A stretch of 55,779 nucleotides of DNA, the filler included, from Catajapyx aquilonaris (Eukaryota): assembly GCA_000934665.2 (NCBI GenBank). It is 3 parts of 3 records of this genome, joined end to end, with 100 filler letters (N's around TTAATTAATTAA, not from the genome) between each part and the next. Parts side by side here need not be neighbours in the genome. Positions count along the whole stretch, not along the records: positions 18,647 to 37,166 come from JYFJ02006674.1; 2 more parts are not named here. One strand, given 5' to 3'. Position numbers and translations under genes: made by a program. Below, in pieces: positions 23,731 to 36,586 of the stretch. The notes beneath the pieces were generated by a model that saw only the letters and a program-made list of their open reading frames with translations, did not search any database and was not told the origin of the DNA. Every line of letters begins with the position of its first letter. Within the stretch, counting starts at the first letter, position 1.

Positions 23731-24059
23731 ATTGAAGGGTGCAGTGCAAGAGGGGCATGAGTCAGGTTTCTGTCTGTTTGACTCATGCCCCTCTTGCACT
23801 GCACCCTTCAATTGTACAGTACCTACCCAGCCAGGTTGAGGCAATATCGGCCGATTTAGGAATTTTTGGATTCTCAATAAAAAGTATAGTGGAGATCGTG
23901 GGGGGATGCTCTATGGCACGGAAGGCCGGACAGGTTTGTGATAATGATTATAGGGTATAAGACTGACTTATATTGTGCAAGGGTGTCATAATAATTTATT
24001 ATAATGTAGGCTAATCTCTTACAACTGATTCAAGACAATGTCTTACTTTTGACACTCAA

Positions 24060-25400
24060 TCAACTTGAACCAGCTGGTCGGTTTTTTTTTTGTGACAAGT
24101 AATTAAGAAGGATCCTGACGAGTGACAGGCGCAGAAGGAACAGGAAGAAGAACTTGGCGGCCAGGAACGCCATCTTGCTCCAGAGGCTGACGCGTTTCTC
24201 GACGTGAGACTGGTCCATGTCGAGTAACCAGAAGGCGTACAGAACGCCGGCGTCGGCGGGAACCAGGTATGTAGGAAAGGATGCCATGGCACACACGGCC
24301 TTGAGGTGGAGCCTGGGCACGTACTCGTCCTCCTTCGACATCTCTCTCAACGACGGCATGACGAACGTCGCCTTGTAGTGACGCACGTGCTCTCTAAACT
24401 GAAAGTATGACGGCGTGTGTATTTTTGTATCCGCTCCATATAGAATATATAGCATGCTCATTTCCGTCCCTGACCTCGTCCAGTCCTTTGGAGCAAGGGT
24501 TGAACCTGTCCTGGACACCCAGATAGTAGGACAGGACCCTCCAGGTGTGGGGGAAGTCTTCCAGGTCTTCCCTGGACACTCCGTGGAGACCTATCTTCTC
24601 CGGGTACAACATGATGGTAGTCAGGATGCCCATGACAACGGACATGGCGTCGAACTGGCTCATGAACATCTTGTCTGGCGGGGAAGAGAATTCTGGGACA
24701 CCCTGTACCCCTCGAGCGTCGTCCCTGATGGCCTCCCAAAGGACACACTCCTGGTACACTCCGGGCTCAGACGATACCTGACGAATAAAACGAGAGGTGA
24801 GAGACTGATGGACAGAGGCTGGACTTGCTGGAATGCTACACAGCAGGGTGCTTCGCCAGAAGCTAAGACTGCACAGCTATAAACTGATGTGCTAAAAAAA
24901 AACAAGTGATACTGTGTTTAATAATGTGCACTTCACAGAACAAGCAAATAATTTACCTTGGGTCGTCCGGCCCACGTCTTCTCCGGATCCTTGTTGGCGA
25001 TCCGACCTATCCTTGTGTGCATCTTTTGAACGGTGACCATGCTCTTGTAGGCCTCGTCCTCCGGGTCCCAGAGGTCACCTTTGAACCACGGTTGGACATA
25101 CTTGCCAGTGTCCAGGATGCGTTGGCAACACCTGGACAAGCTCTCGAACTTGCCCGTCATGTAGAGTGTCTTGGCGACAGTCTTGAGGCCGAAGGAAGAA
25201 GATGACCCGATGAGAAAGGAGATCGATATCTGGAAGAAATGCTTCCAGAAGAGGGCCTGTCCCCTCCTGAACCTGTCCTTGTCCACCCAGGAAGGAGGAG
25301 GGTCGTCCATCGAAGGGGTGTCCAGGGCAGGGGTGGTCATGGCCTCCGTCCAGTGGTGGACCAGGCACTCATCAGGCACCTTCTGCTGCTGATCCTTCAT
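24060..25400 (-). CDS. Lcp/MpaB-like (DUF2236, rubber-oxygenase catalytic domain) protein, copy A, 361 aa
   Basis: Exons 25400-24957, 24777-24475, 24398-24060 with phase-0 GT-AG introns. Motifs PSWVDKDRFRRGQ, RILDT, VQKMH, FMSQFD, PEKIG, HTWRVLSYYLGVQDRFNPC and a hydrophobic C-terminus. Confidence 0.88.
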
Positions 25401-26120
25401 CTTCAACTCACACCATCACTCTGCAGTCCTCACCCTATATTGGTCTCTAAAAATACTGCCTCGGTTTTTTTATTGAAAACATTGCTACACTTTTTGCACG
25501 CGAATGCCAGAACAAGCCGGAATAATAAAAATAATGACAAGAGAGGGGGTTAAACTCAAACACGGTTAACCTTCACCTCAAGCAGCCTCAATAAGCTGCA
25601 TGACTATAATAAATTGTCAGTGACGTATAAAGTGTAGGGACAATGCTTTGTGAGTTGGCTCACCAACTGCGAAGTTAAGTATACTGTAATATTTCAACAT
25701 CGTGGTCAAGAAATGTGCAGAATAACATATCCAAGGTCTACACCAATCTGTAGCTGTATTAATTGGTTCTTCCCCCCCCCNNNNNNCCCCCCCCCCGAAT
25801 GAGAGTGAACATAAATATACTTTGTGAATCCTTCGAGGCTGTTGTGCAGCGGCTGGAAATCATTTTGGCCCACTGTCGTAGAATGTAAAATTATAATAAG
25901 GAAGTGCATGGGTTGCTTTTCATGTTTTTTTCGGTGCAAGAAGGACATAAGTGACACTCGCCGTGGAATTGGCTATAAAAGCAAAACTACTCGTCTGATT
26001 TTGTTCGGATTTCTCTTGTGCAGGATCAAGATGCACGGCAGTATATAGTGGATCCGCCAAGTCCAAGCAACCTCCACCGCCACTGACCCATCAGACTAGC
26101 CCCATTCTCTCCTTCACTCT

Positions 26121-26498
26121 GGTGGTCCAACTTTTTTGTCCGAACAGCTATTGACAAATTCGGCCTAAGCTGCTTAATATGTTGTAGTGCGTTATCTGGC
26201 AACCCTGTCCGGCGGGCCAATTCAAACATCAGCCCATGGAGACTGCTTCCATTGTTGCCACTGTTTACTAATTGAGTGAGTGACGCGCGGATGACCCAGC
26301 GACGGATCTCTTCTGCCTGCGCACTCACTAATTCGATTTGTAAACAGTGGCAACAATGGAAGCAGTCTCCATGGGCTGATGTTTGAATTGGCCCGCCGGA
26401 CAGGGTTGCCAGGTAACGCACTACAACATAAGCAGCTTAGGCCGAATTTGTCAATAGCTGCGTGATAGCGCTGTTCGGACAAAAAAGTTGGACCACCC
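26121..26498. mobile_element. Palindromic Tc1/mariner-type MITE
   Basis: About 150-bp inverted arms GGTGGTCCAACTTTTTTGTCCGAACAGC...GCTGTTCGGACAAAAAAGTTGGACCACC, with TA at the right end. Confidence 0.8.
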
Positions 26499-26499
26499 T

Positions 26500-26671
26500 A
26501 TATGTCGGTCACAAGCTGCAAGTGCCGCAGAGCGAAAACCGGGGCCAAATGTCTCGAAATTGACACAAAAAAAAATCAAAGTTTCCGATTTTTTTTAAAT
26601 CTCCAGAAGTATGCATGACTAAAATCCAAACCATGGCAACTGGCCGTGCGAAGAACGGGACCCGCTGCTAG
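26500..26671 (+). mobile_element. Helitron-like 3' end
   Basis: CCGTGCGAAGAACGGGACCCGCTGCTAG|T, the same terminus as 14738-14765; left boundary uncertain. Confidence 0.6.
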
Positions 26672-26937
26672 TTAGTGATATAGCAAAACCAGCAGAACCA
26701 ACCAACCGGAAAATATGGCGACAAAAAAGTTCCCTAGATTTATCTCGTGACTTCCATGGCTGCATGTAATATATGGGAATTTTTGCTAAGGACAAAGAGC
26801 GAAAGATAGAGGCGCTATACTGCGTATAATATGCGTCACATTACCTAGTCCCTATCATTTCCTCGTGAAGAGGTAGTCGCCACAAAGATATTATCGCCGA
26901 TTATCTTCCCAGCCACCCCTTTATGACACATAATTAT

Positions 26938-27190
26938 CATCTTCAACTCACACCATCAAGCACTCGGCAGTCCTCACATTGGGCTCTACAAATACTGCCT
27001 CGGCTTTTTACTGAAAACATTGCTATACTTTTTGCACGTGTATAGTGGCGGCTTTCTTTCAAGCCGAGATAAAAAATAATAATAATCCCAAGAGAGGGTA
27101 TTAAACTCAAACACGGTTAACTTTCGCCAGTTCACACGGGAACCGCCTCTCAAGCAGCATGAAGGTAATTGCACAATGCTTGGTGAGTTG
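26938..27190 (-). pseudogene. Orphan promoter/5'UTR and start codon of a lost Lcp-like gene copy
   Basis: CATCTTCAACTCACACCATCA...AAATACTGCCTCGG...TAAACTCAAACACGGTTAAC matches the upstream regions of copies A (from 25398) and C (from 35850), but no CDS follows the ATG. Confidence 0.8.
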
Positions 27191-27503
27191 CCTCATCAAG
27201 ATCGTCCAAGGTATTCCCCTTATTACTATACATATAGGCCTACATATACTTATACAGTCAAATAGCCTTACTCACAGGGAACCTCTCGAAGTGTCACTCG
27301 AATAGTCAGTTATTAAGTCGGTGAAGAAGAAGGACAGAGACAAGGACGACGCGACGACGTCCTGAATTATCTGTGTCACTTCTGAAGAATGAAGCCGTCC
27401 TTGAAGTGACGTCAGTGTAACATTAATATATTGCTAACTGTACAAGCTGCTCACCCTATAGTGTCCTGACATCACGTTTATGATGTCAAGGCATCACCGA
27501 CTT

Positions 27504-28078
27504 TGGGGAGAGCAAGGCAGCTGCACAGCGGTCCACGGGGCACAGTGGTCCAAGGACCAGTGAGCACCTCTTTGTGGACGACCGTGCTACCTTCTGCCTC
27601 TGTACATCACTTAATGTCATAGTAGTTTTATTTGCTATTTGGCAGACATTAGTATGAAATACAGTTCATCATGCGCCAAAGGATGTGGCAGCAGGACATA
27701 AGGTCTAATTTCTGGAGAGAGAATGATGATGTTTCACTTTTTGCCCGCAGGGTTGCAGTAACAGAAGTCCCGTTTTATTCATTTCCTGTTTATAGGGGTT
27801 ACATGTACGATTAAAAAATAAAACATACTTATTGTGTGAATTAGGGGTCCCCAATCACTTCTGGACCACACTGTGCCTCTGGTATCGGGGCACAGTTGGT
27901 CCATTTGCATAGGGCAGCTTCTAAAATATTTTAAGCCAAAGGGATGCCTGTGAATTATACGAGTCACTTATATTACCAATGAGTACCTCCACCATGCCGG
28001 AAAATATTGTGCGTGTAGGTATAACAGGAACCCTTATAAAATGTTCACAAGTGGACCACTATGTGCCCCGATCTCCCT
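27504..28078. mobile_element. Degenerate MITE
   Basis: Imperfect inverted termini GGGGAGAGC...GCACAGCGGTCCAC / GTGGACCACTATGTGCCCCGATCTCCC, with internal GGGGCACAGTGGTCCA repeats. Confidence 0.5.
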
Positions 28079-28155
28079 TCTACAATATGATTATCAACAC
28101 ATTTTACAAGTACAACTAATTATATTCGAGACAATATATTCTTGGGATTGTCTGT

Positions 28156-29722
28156 TCACTTGAAATGCTTTCCGACTATTTTCTGAGCAGCATAATTGAC
28201 CAGGATCCTGACGAATGAGAGGCGCATCAGGAACAGGAAGAACTTGAGGAGGAGGAACATGACCTTGCCCCACAGGCTGACGCGTTTCATGACGTGTGTC
28301 TGGTCCATGTCGAATAACCAGGAGCCGTACAGAACGGTGGTGTCAGCTGGAACCAGGTATCGGGTAAACGGTGCGATGACGGTCAGGGCCTCGTAGTGGA
28401 GCCTTGGCACGTACTCGTCTTCCTTCGACATCTCTCTCAACGACGGCACGACGAATGCCGCCCTGTAGTGTTGTACGTGCTCTCTGAACTGAAAGTATAT
28501 GACGGGGCAGGGATTGTTGTATCATCGTTGTGGGTTTCCCAGATTATTTATGGTACTATAGGGCAGGCTCATTTTTTTTATATCTCGCTTTACCCCCCCA
28601 AAGCCAGATTCACTTTATTTCCCCCACTCATTCCCCTACATCCAACCTAGCGTGCAAACTTGATCAGCTGATGCTGCGTGTTCTGCCACTACTGCAAAGG
28701 TCGTCTCGAGCAAGCGCTTTGAACCGCGATCGAGACGACCTGATAACATACACGCACGTGGAGCTCGTCTCTCACCTCGTCCAGTCCTTTTGAGCAAGGG
28801 TTGAACTTGTCCTGGACACCCAGATAGTAGGACAGGACCCTCCAGGTGTGGAGGAAGTCTTCCAGGTCTTCCCTGGAAGGTCCGTGGAGACCTATCTTCT
28901 CCGGATACGCCATGATGCAAGTCAGGAAGCCCAGGACCACGGACATGGAGTCAAACTGGCTCATGAACATCTGGTCTGGCGGGAAAGAGAATTCCGGGAC
29001 ACCCTGTACTCCCTGAGCGTCTTCCCTGATGGCCTCCCAAAGGACACACTCCCCGTACACTCCAGGCTCGGACGATACCTGACAAATATGAATAAGTCAT
29101 TATATCAAAACCAGGCTATCTTCTTCGGGTACCGAAACCTTCAGAAAACAGGAATATTTCTGCTTTAGTAAGTGTTTTCACTGCCCAATGGTAGGTGGAC
29201 CAATATTTGTGGAAATGTTCCATACTGTATTGGAAACAAGCCTGTGTATATAGACTATATACCAGAGTCGGTTACCTGAGGTTTCCCGGCCCACGTCTTC
29301 TCTACATTCATGTTTGCTATCCGACCGATCTTGTGGTGCATCTTTTGAACGGTGGCCATGCCTCTGTACGCCTCGTCCTCCGGGTTCCAGAGGTCACCTT
29401 TCAGCCACGGTACGGCGTACTTGTAAGTGTCCACAATGCGTTGATAGCACCTGGACACGCTCTCAAACTTCCCTGTGAGGTAGAGTGTCTTGGCGACAGT
29501 CTTGATGCGGAAGGAAAAAGCCGATCCTATGAAAAATGAAAGCGACATCTGGGCGAAATGCTTCCAGTAGAGGGCCTGTCCCCTCCTGAACCTGTCCTTG
29601 TCCACCCAGGAAGGAGGAGGGTCGTCCATCGAAGGGGTGTCCAGGGCAGGGGTGGTCATGGCCTCCGTCCAGTGGTGGTGGACCAGGCTCTCAGGCACCT
29701 TCTGCTGCAGCTGATCCTTCAT
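28156..29722 (-). CDS. Lcp/MpaB-like (DUF2236) protein, copy B, 360 aa
   Basis: Exons 29722-29276, 29078-28776, 28488-28156; same motifs (RIVDT, VQKMH, FMSQFD, HTWRVLSYYLG). Confidence 0.88.
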
Positions 29723-30343
29723 CGTCAAATCCCACTGCTCTGCAGCCCTTGATCTTTATGGTCTAGTAAAATTCTGCACCAGGGTTTTTAAACATAAATC
29801 TTGTTACTGTATATATCTTTTTTGTGGCAGCCCTTTTTTTCAAGGCTTGCAAAAATTACAGATATTTTCATTTACGTGATCTCTCATTATTATGCAAATA
29901 TTTTATATAACACAATATGCTAAATAGCTTGGGATTTGCAACAAAATGATCCGAAGAAGAGGTCAGAAACGCAAGTACACGGGTCACCTTCGTGAGAAGT
30001 GGGGGAATTTCTGAATTTTGTTCCGCGGAATATATAATATGCTGAATATGAGAGTGAATAATAATTATGACTACGATTACAAGGTTGCCCAAGGACCTTA
30101 CCTTTACCTATAATATACTCCGGGTGTACTGTCAATGACCCAAAGTGTCAGGTTGCAATTAGCCAATATAAGAGGCTAATATTATTTTTGACGAACTGAT
30201 TCTCGTACTGAGTTATTTTCAGTACCTTGTTGCAGTAGTGTACAGTAACTTACGCAACGCAAGTGCTTCAGCATGAATATGTGTAGGTAACACTGTGCAA
30301 ATGTTCAGTGTGTGAAAGACTTTTTTATCTTGTTTATAGCAAA

Positions 30344-30514
30344 ATACCGATCACGTGTGCGGCATTTGAGTGCGACAAGAAGGGAGGCCATCGTTTTCCG
30401 AGACAGCGATACATCTTGAGAAAAATGTGGCTGGCATACTCAAAATGGAAAATATATGTATATGCACATACGAGTCCATGGGTATGCCGGGACCACTTCT
30501 TGGATGGGGACTAC
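30344..30514 (+). pseudogene. THAP zinc-finger domain relic
   Basis: (I)PITCAAFECDKKGGHRFP...RKMWL...VCRDHFLDGDY is the C2CH THAP signature; the expected initiator reads ATA. Confidence 0.7.
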
Positions 30515-31585
30515 AGGATTATCATTGATATTTATATTTGGTTAAGCAAATACCTTATCATAATAACTATAGCAGGATACCATTTCTTCGCACGGGGATT
30601 GATAAATTAAATAAGTCTGTCAAAAGTTTGCATAGCTCACTATAGTGAGCTATGTTAGAGGGAGTGTAAATGCTCTGTGCTCATGGGAGTAATATATGGC
30701 TTGGAACATGTCACAATTACCTGTTGTAGCCTGAATAAGGGTGTGCATAGCCAGTAGACCTACATGCCATGAAATCAAGATGCATTAAATCAGACAGAGG
30801 ACAGACAGCAGTTGTTGTTGCTGGACCCGATAAATCAAAGTTTCTGAGATTATTATAAAGGAAGCGTCATATCCATTTTTGTAATGCGATCAAAAAATAG
30901 CATAATAATATACGATATCGTATTTCCAGGGCAAACATGCGGTTCGCAGAGCAATGTGTGCCGCAGTGTGTGATACATCCAAAACTGCAGAGCACAGCGC
31001 AACATAACATACAAAGACCAACAGATGACAACTCCAGTTCTCCAAAGCAGATCCACGCCTAACACTGCTGAAGCACATTATTATTTTATTTCCTAGCGAG
31101 CGTCCCTGATGGGCTCAGAGAATTACAGAACTCGTTAATATTCAGTATTGTCCTACTTTTAACAAAATCGTCTTCCTTCTCAGTGTAACTTTTCCACTGA
31201 CAAATAAACTGCCTTCATGTTGTGGTGACATGATGTAGTATAGTTTGATGCTGATTAGCTATTAACAATGTCGTTACTTGGGAGCAGGATAAGTTGCACG
31301 AAACTAATCAGAATTGGTTTTTTCAAAGTGATATATGCACCACAAGATAGTGTGGTCCTAATCCATGGAAATGTGACGTATATACCTTGAGCACCTTTGC
31401 GGGGATTCTTTCTCACGCGGGAATATGGAAATATGAGATCCCTGCTGCGTGCGTGGGGTGAGAAATATTTAGATTCTCTCCACCCCCTCCACACAAACTC
31501 TCTCTATAATTGACACTCAGTCACTTACATACATATAATAGAAACCGGGGCAACGACACGTGCGAGGACAGTGGTTTTCAGAAAT

Positions 31586-32143
31586 GAAGCAGTGAGAACC
31601 AGAAGAGGTGCCATTTTTCAGGAGAGCAGTTTGAAAGTTTCAAATATAATGTGTGAAATGTCTTTCGTTGACATTAGAGTCTCGGTAATTTTTATGTGAT
31701 ATCACTTCGATTGTAAGTTAATGTAATGTGAATATGGAGTGTGTAGTGCCTACAGCACTGCAGGAGGAAAAAAATCCGTCTTGGTCTAGCAACTTCTGGC
31801 TTGTAGATATTTTAATTTAAATTTTTTAACCACTTAAATGAGGAAGTGCAGGGAAATAATATGTCCTAAATTAATTTTAGTCCCTTTATTAGGCCTTAAT
31901 GTGATGACAATAACTCTAAATACATTTTTTTATGAAGGCCCTTTTTGGACTTATCAACATCTGGCTTTCTGGCACGAATTTTCTCTTCAGTGCTACGAGT
32001 ATCCCGGTCTGAAAAGGGGACTTGTAATCATCTGGCTGGGATAAAAAAATTTCTATGAAAATATTCCTGATCGAGGCCTAGAATTTGCCCTTATCTCAAA
32101 ATCGCCAAAATTGGACTTAGCTACTTATGGTTCTCGCTGCTTC
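31586..32143. mobile_element. MITE with 4-bp TSD (Sola-like)
   Basis: TIRs GAAGCAGTGAGAACCA / TGGTTCTCGCTGCTTC with TSD AAAT; absent from the paralogous site at about 36280. Confidence 0.75.
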
Positions 32144-32502
32144 AAATTAGTAGTCATTAACTCGGGCAGGCCTGTCGTAAGTATGCCCCCCAAAAACAGG
32201 GGTGCCAGTGAAAGACGAGGAACAGTCTCTTCGTTACCCAACATAATTTATATAGGACATGTTATAGGCGCAGCTGTTTGAATGAAAAGTATATGCATTT
32301 ATTTTTGCGATATTGTTGCAGAATGACCGTTGGATTGTTAATTTGGTACAGGGACCTACTCATTACAGATATACAGTTGTCTCAAGTAGAAAATGATCGT
32401 CTGATTGAAAGGTAATATTTTCTTAGTATTTTGCTCACTTTCTTGTCAATGGTGAACTCATCGAATTCATTTCAATGATTGTTACATTGTGCCAGTTTGA
32501 GT

Positions 32503-32580
32503 TCCGGGTACAACATGATGCTAGTCAGCATGCCCATCATATGAACACTGACATATATTGACATTGTGTCGAACTGAATC
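32503..32580 (-). pseudogene. Fragment of Lcp-like exon 2
   Basis: Translates QFDTMS...MMGMLTSIMLYPE and is truncated by an insertion at 32581. Confidence 0.7.
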
Positions 32581-32996
32581 ACAGGGGCGGATCCATGTGG
32601 GGGATAGGGGACTCCCCCCCCCCCTCCTCCAATTAGCCCAAGACTCTTTAAAATTATAACAATCACTTCAGATTTCATTCGAACCGCGATTTTTTCTAAC
32701 TGCGGCCTTATTGTTTCATACAAAACTCACACCATCATGTAACCACCATAGTCTTTGGAACCAGCCACGGCTATACTGACAGCCCGTGTGTATATGTTAA
32801 GCTCAAACGTCGGAAACGCTGAAAATTAACACCAAGTTGTGGCAAATGAACATCATGAGCATGGCAAGAAGAAGCAGAACGAACAAGAAAAGGGTGTATA
32901 TAGTATATATGGAAACCCGCAGGGGAGGGACAAGAGTGTATCATATACATACAACATTATATACGTATACTCTTGTAGTACAACATTGCTACAAGA

Positions 32997-35852
32997 TCAT
33001 ATCTTATTGACACTGTCTTCGATTGAACCAGGTCGGATTATTTTATGTGACAAGTAATTGATAAGGATCCTGACGAGTGACAGGCGCAGAAGGAACAGGA
33101 AGAAGAACTTGGCGGCCAGGAACGTCACATTGCTCCAGAGGCTGACGCGTTTCTGGACGTGAGACTGGTCCATGTCGAGTAACCATAAGGCGTACAGAAC
33201 GCCGGCGTCTGCGGGAACCAGGTATGTAGGAAAGGATGCCATGGCACACACGGCCTTGAGGTGGAGCCTGGGCACGTACTCGTCCTCCTTCGACATCTCT
33301 CTCAACGACGGCATGACGAACGTCGCCGTGTAGTGACGCACGTGCTCTCTGAACTGAAAGTATGACGGCGCGTATGAATTTGTGTCCATCACACTTTTGA
33401 GTCGTGTTTCAGGCTCATTTCCGTCTCTCACCTCGTCCAGGCCTTTGGAGCAAGGGTTGAACCTGTCCTGGATCCCCAGGTAGTAGGACAGGACCCTCCA
33501 GGTGTACAGAAAGTCTTCCTGGTCTTCTCTGGACAGTCCATGGAGGCCAATCTTCTCCGGATAGACCATGATGCTAGTCAGGACTCCCATGACCACGGAA
33601 ATGGTGTCGAACTGGCTCATGAACATCCGGTCTGGCGGGGAAGAGAATTCCGGGCCAACCGGTACTTCTCTGGCGTCTTCCCTGACGGCCTCCCAAAGGA
33701 CACACTCCTCGTACACTCCCGGCTCAGACCAAACCTGACAAATGAGAAACCGTATTTGCAGAAATGTTACATACGGAGTGCTGCTGTACCTATACGTGGT
33801 GTGACTCGAATGTTCGGATATCTCAAATTCAACTCATGCGACGTTTGAGCATATGCCCGTACAGCTTGAAGCACGCGTGGTCGCAAGTGCTTCACTTCTA
33901 TACCTCGAATGACTTGAGTTCGTGTATATAAAAAGGGAAGGGAGCGTCTGCACTCGGAAACACTCTCTCTCTCTCCTGTATCTGTTCACTCCGGCAATAC
34001 ACTGATTGAACCTCATACCAGACACCCTGCGACCTAACTTGGTCAGGGGTCAGGTCAAGGCGGGTCCTGACAACATGTCCCTGGATGTCAGCACATGCTC
34101 AAACTTGTCGCATGGGTTGCATTCGAACACGTACCGTCCGATACATCAAGATGTAGCGAACACCTGTCCCCAGCAAGCATGTATAGAGAGGAAAATAATA
34201 ATGACGCTGCATTAAAAGCGCTTCACATAATAATGATGAAGGTCTGTCCCCCATTAAAGCAGCTTTTTTAAAAAAGCAAAATCGTGCCGCTGTTACAACG
34301 CATCCACGACAGCTGTACGTCGCGTCGCAGCTCTCCTGTGCCGCGAAGGAGAAGGGGTCATCTCGCACGCTTTGAAGTCGAAGGCGATTACGTAATAATG
34401 GAGAGCCTTTTTATTTATTTTATTTAATAATAATAATTCATAATAATTCATACCCCGTTATCAGGCTATCGGCTCTTTAGGGGGGAAGTGTTTTGTTGCG
34501 CCTGGAACTCTTTGCTTTCATTTTACCGCGCTTTTTGGGATAGGATAGGGACGGAAGGAAGCGGCTGTGGCCCATTAATTACGGAAGCAACCCCGGAATT
34601 TTCCTGGAAGGACCGTGGGAAACCACAGAAAACCACTGTCAGAGTTGCCGGCCCCGGGATTCGAACCCAGGACCTCCCGATTAGCAGTCGGACGCCTTAT
34701 CCACTATGCCAACCTGCTTCGGTTATTTATTTTATTTATTTTTATTTATTTATTTTATTTACCCCGTGATACAACGACTTGGTCGTTATAGGGGGGTGGC
34801 AGACCACCATACAGTTTTCTGATTGTATTTATATCGAACTCCGGTGCAAGGATTACTAGGAAATAGGGTAAAGGTTGTGGGTTTTGGGGAGGGGACACAT
34901 GTGCAGGTGCATTGTCCACAGGAGGTCAGGTTGCCAAGACGCCTCCTTAGGTGCGGGTCACGACCCAATGACGCAAGCGAAAGGTTTGTTCCCGGGTGGG
35001 GATTTGAACCCGGGATCTTTCGCATAGCAAGCCGAGACGTTACCATCTCGGCCACCGTGCCTCCCCCTGCACTCATTATAATAGACTTCAAAGCGTGCGA
35101 GATGACCCTTCTCCTTCGCGGCACAGGAGAGAGCTACAGACGGGGTGAAAGGCGACCGAGACCGGGCAGCCGGGACCTACGACTCACGACCGGGTGCAAG
35201 TGTTGTGGCTTTGGAACATCGCCGTTTGGCTAAGGTACTTTCACCCTGCTAACGAGGAATTTAGCAGCGGAGGTGATGTTCTCTCAGCACTATAGACCAA
35301 TCAGAATTAGAAAATACAAAAAATTTAAAAATCCAGGAGGGTAAAGAAGAGTTACTTTGGTTGTGAGAACTCTTGTCGTGGTCGTCCGGGATACCTTATA
35401 CCGATTACCTGAGGTCGTCCGGCCCATGTCCTGTCCCGATTCTTGTTGGCTATCCGACCGATCCTGTCGTGCATCTTTTGAACGGAGACCATGCTGCGGT
35501 ACGCCTCGTCCTCCGGGTCCCAGAGGTCACCCTTCAGCCACGCTTGGTAATACCTCCAGGTGTCCGCAATGCGTTCGTAGCACCTGGACACGCTCTCGAA
35601 CTTCCCCGTCAGGTAGAGTGTCTTGGCGACAGATTTCTGTCCGAAGGAAGACGATGACCCGATGAAAAAGGAGAGAGCCATCTGGAAGTAATACTTCCAG
35701 TAGAGGGCCTGTCCCCTCCTGAACCTGTCCTTGTCCACCCAGGAAGGAGGAGGGTCGTCCATCGAAGGGGTGTCCAGGGCAGGGGTGGTCATGGCCTCCG
35801 TCCAGTGGTGGACCAGGCTCTCAGGCACCTTCTGCTGTTGCTGATCCTCCAT
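32997..35852 (-). CDS. Lcp/MpaB-like (DUF2236) protein, copy C, 367 aa
   Basis: Exons 35852-35409, 33734-33432, 33353-32997; RIADT, VQKMH, FMSQFD, YTWRVLSYYLGIQDRFNPC. Intron 1 is expanded by SINE insertions. Confidence 0.88.
34427..34723 (-). mobile_element. tRNA-derived SINE, family A, copy 2, inserted in the AT-rich tail of a family B SINE
   Basis: Near-identical to 6979-7270; flanked by TTATTTATTTTATTTA-like repeats. Confidence 0.9.
34750..35067 (-). mobile_element. tRNA-derived SINE, family B, copy 2 (diverged)
   Basis: Homologous to 13168-13512 (AGGAGGTCAGGTTGCCA, AGCAAGCCGAGACGTTACCATCTCGGCCACC). Confidence 0.8.
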
Positions 35853-36586
35853 CTTCAACTCACACCATCACTCTGCAGTCCTCAACTCTAAATTGGTCTC
35901 TAAAGATACTGCCTCGGTTTTTTTATTGAACACTTTGCTATACTTTTTGCACGCGACGGCTTTCTTCCAAGCCGGGATTTAAAAAATAATCGCAAGAGAG
36001 GGCGTTAAACTCAAACACGGTTAACCTTCACGGGAACCGGCTCAAGCCGCATGACTATGACATGCGCCACAAGATCGTGTGCTCCTAATAATCCTTGGAA
36101 ATGTGACGTATACCTTGAGCACCTTTGCGGATTATTTCTCGCGGGAATATGGAAATATGAGATCCCTGCGTGCGTGCGTTAGATTCTCCACCCCCTCCAC
36201 ACAAACTCTCTCTATAATTGACACTCTGTCACTTACATGCATAATATAGACCAACGACACGTGCGAGGACAGGTTTAAAAAAATTAGAAGTCAATAACTC
36301 GGGCCGGCCTATCGTTAGTATGCCCCAAAAACAGGGGTGCCAGTGAATGACGAGCAACAGTTAGGACATGTTAGGCGCAGCTGTTTGAATGAAAAGTGTG
36401 CATTCATTATTTCCGATATTGTTGCAGAATGATCGTTGGATTGTTAATTTGGTACTTCTCATTACCTATACAGTTGTCGAAAATTATCGTCGGATTGAAA
36501 GGTAATATTTTGCTCACTTTCTTGTCAATGATGAACTCATCAAATGCATTTCAATGATTATTAACATTGTGCCAGTTTGAGTTCCA

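Larger units (their letters stand above)
31340..32580. repeat. Duplicated intergenic segment, homologous to about 36065-36680
   Basis: Shared GGAAATGTGACGTATA...CCTTGAGCACCTTTGCGG...ACAAACTCTCTCTATAATTGACAC...AACAGGGGTGCCAGTGAA; this copy carries an extra MITE. Confidence 0.85.

Noticed and set aside
33765..34074. Possible solo LTR (TGTTAC...TATA...ACAACA) in intron 1 of copy C
   Set aside because: No matching TSD, PBS or second copy visible.
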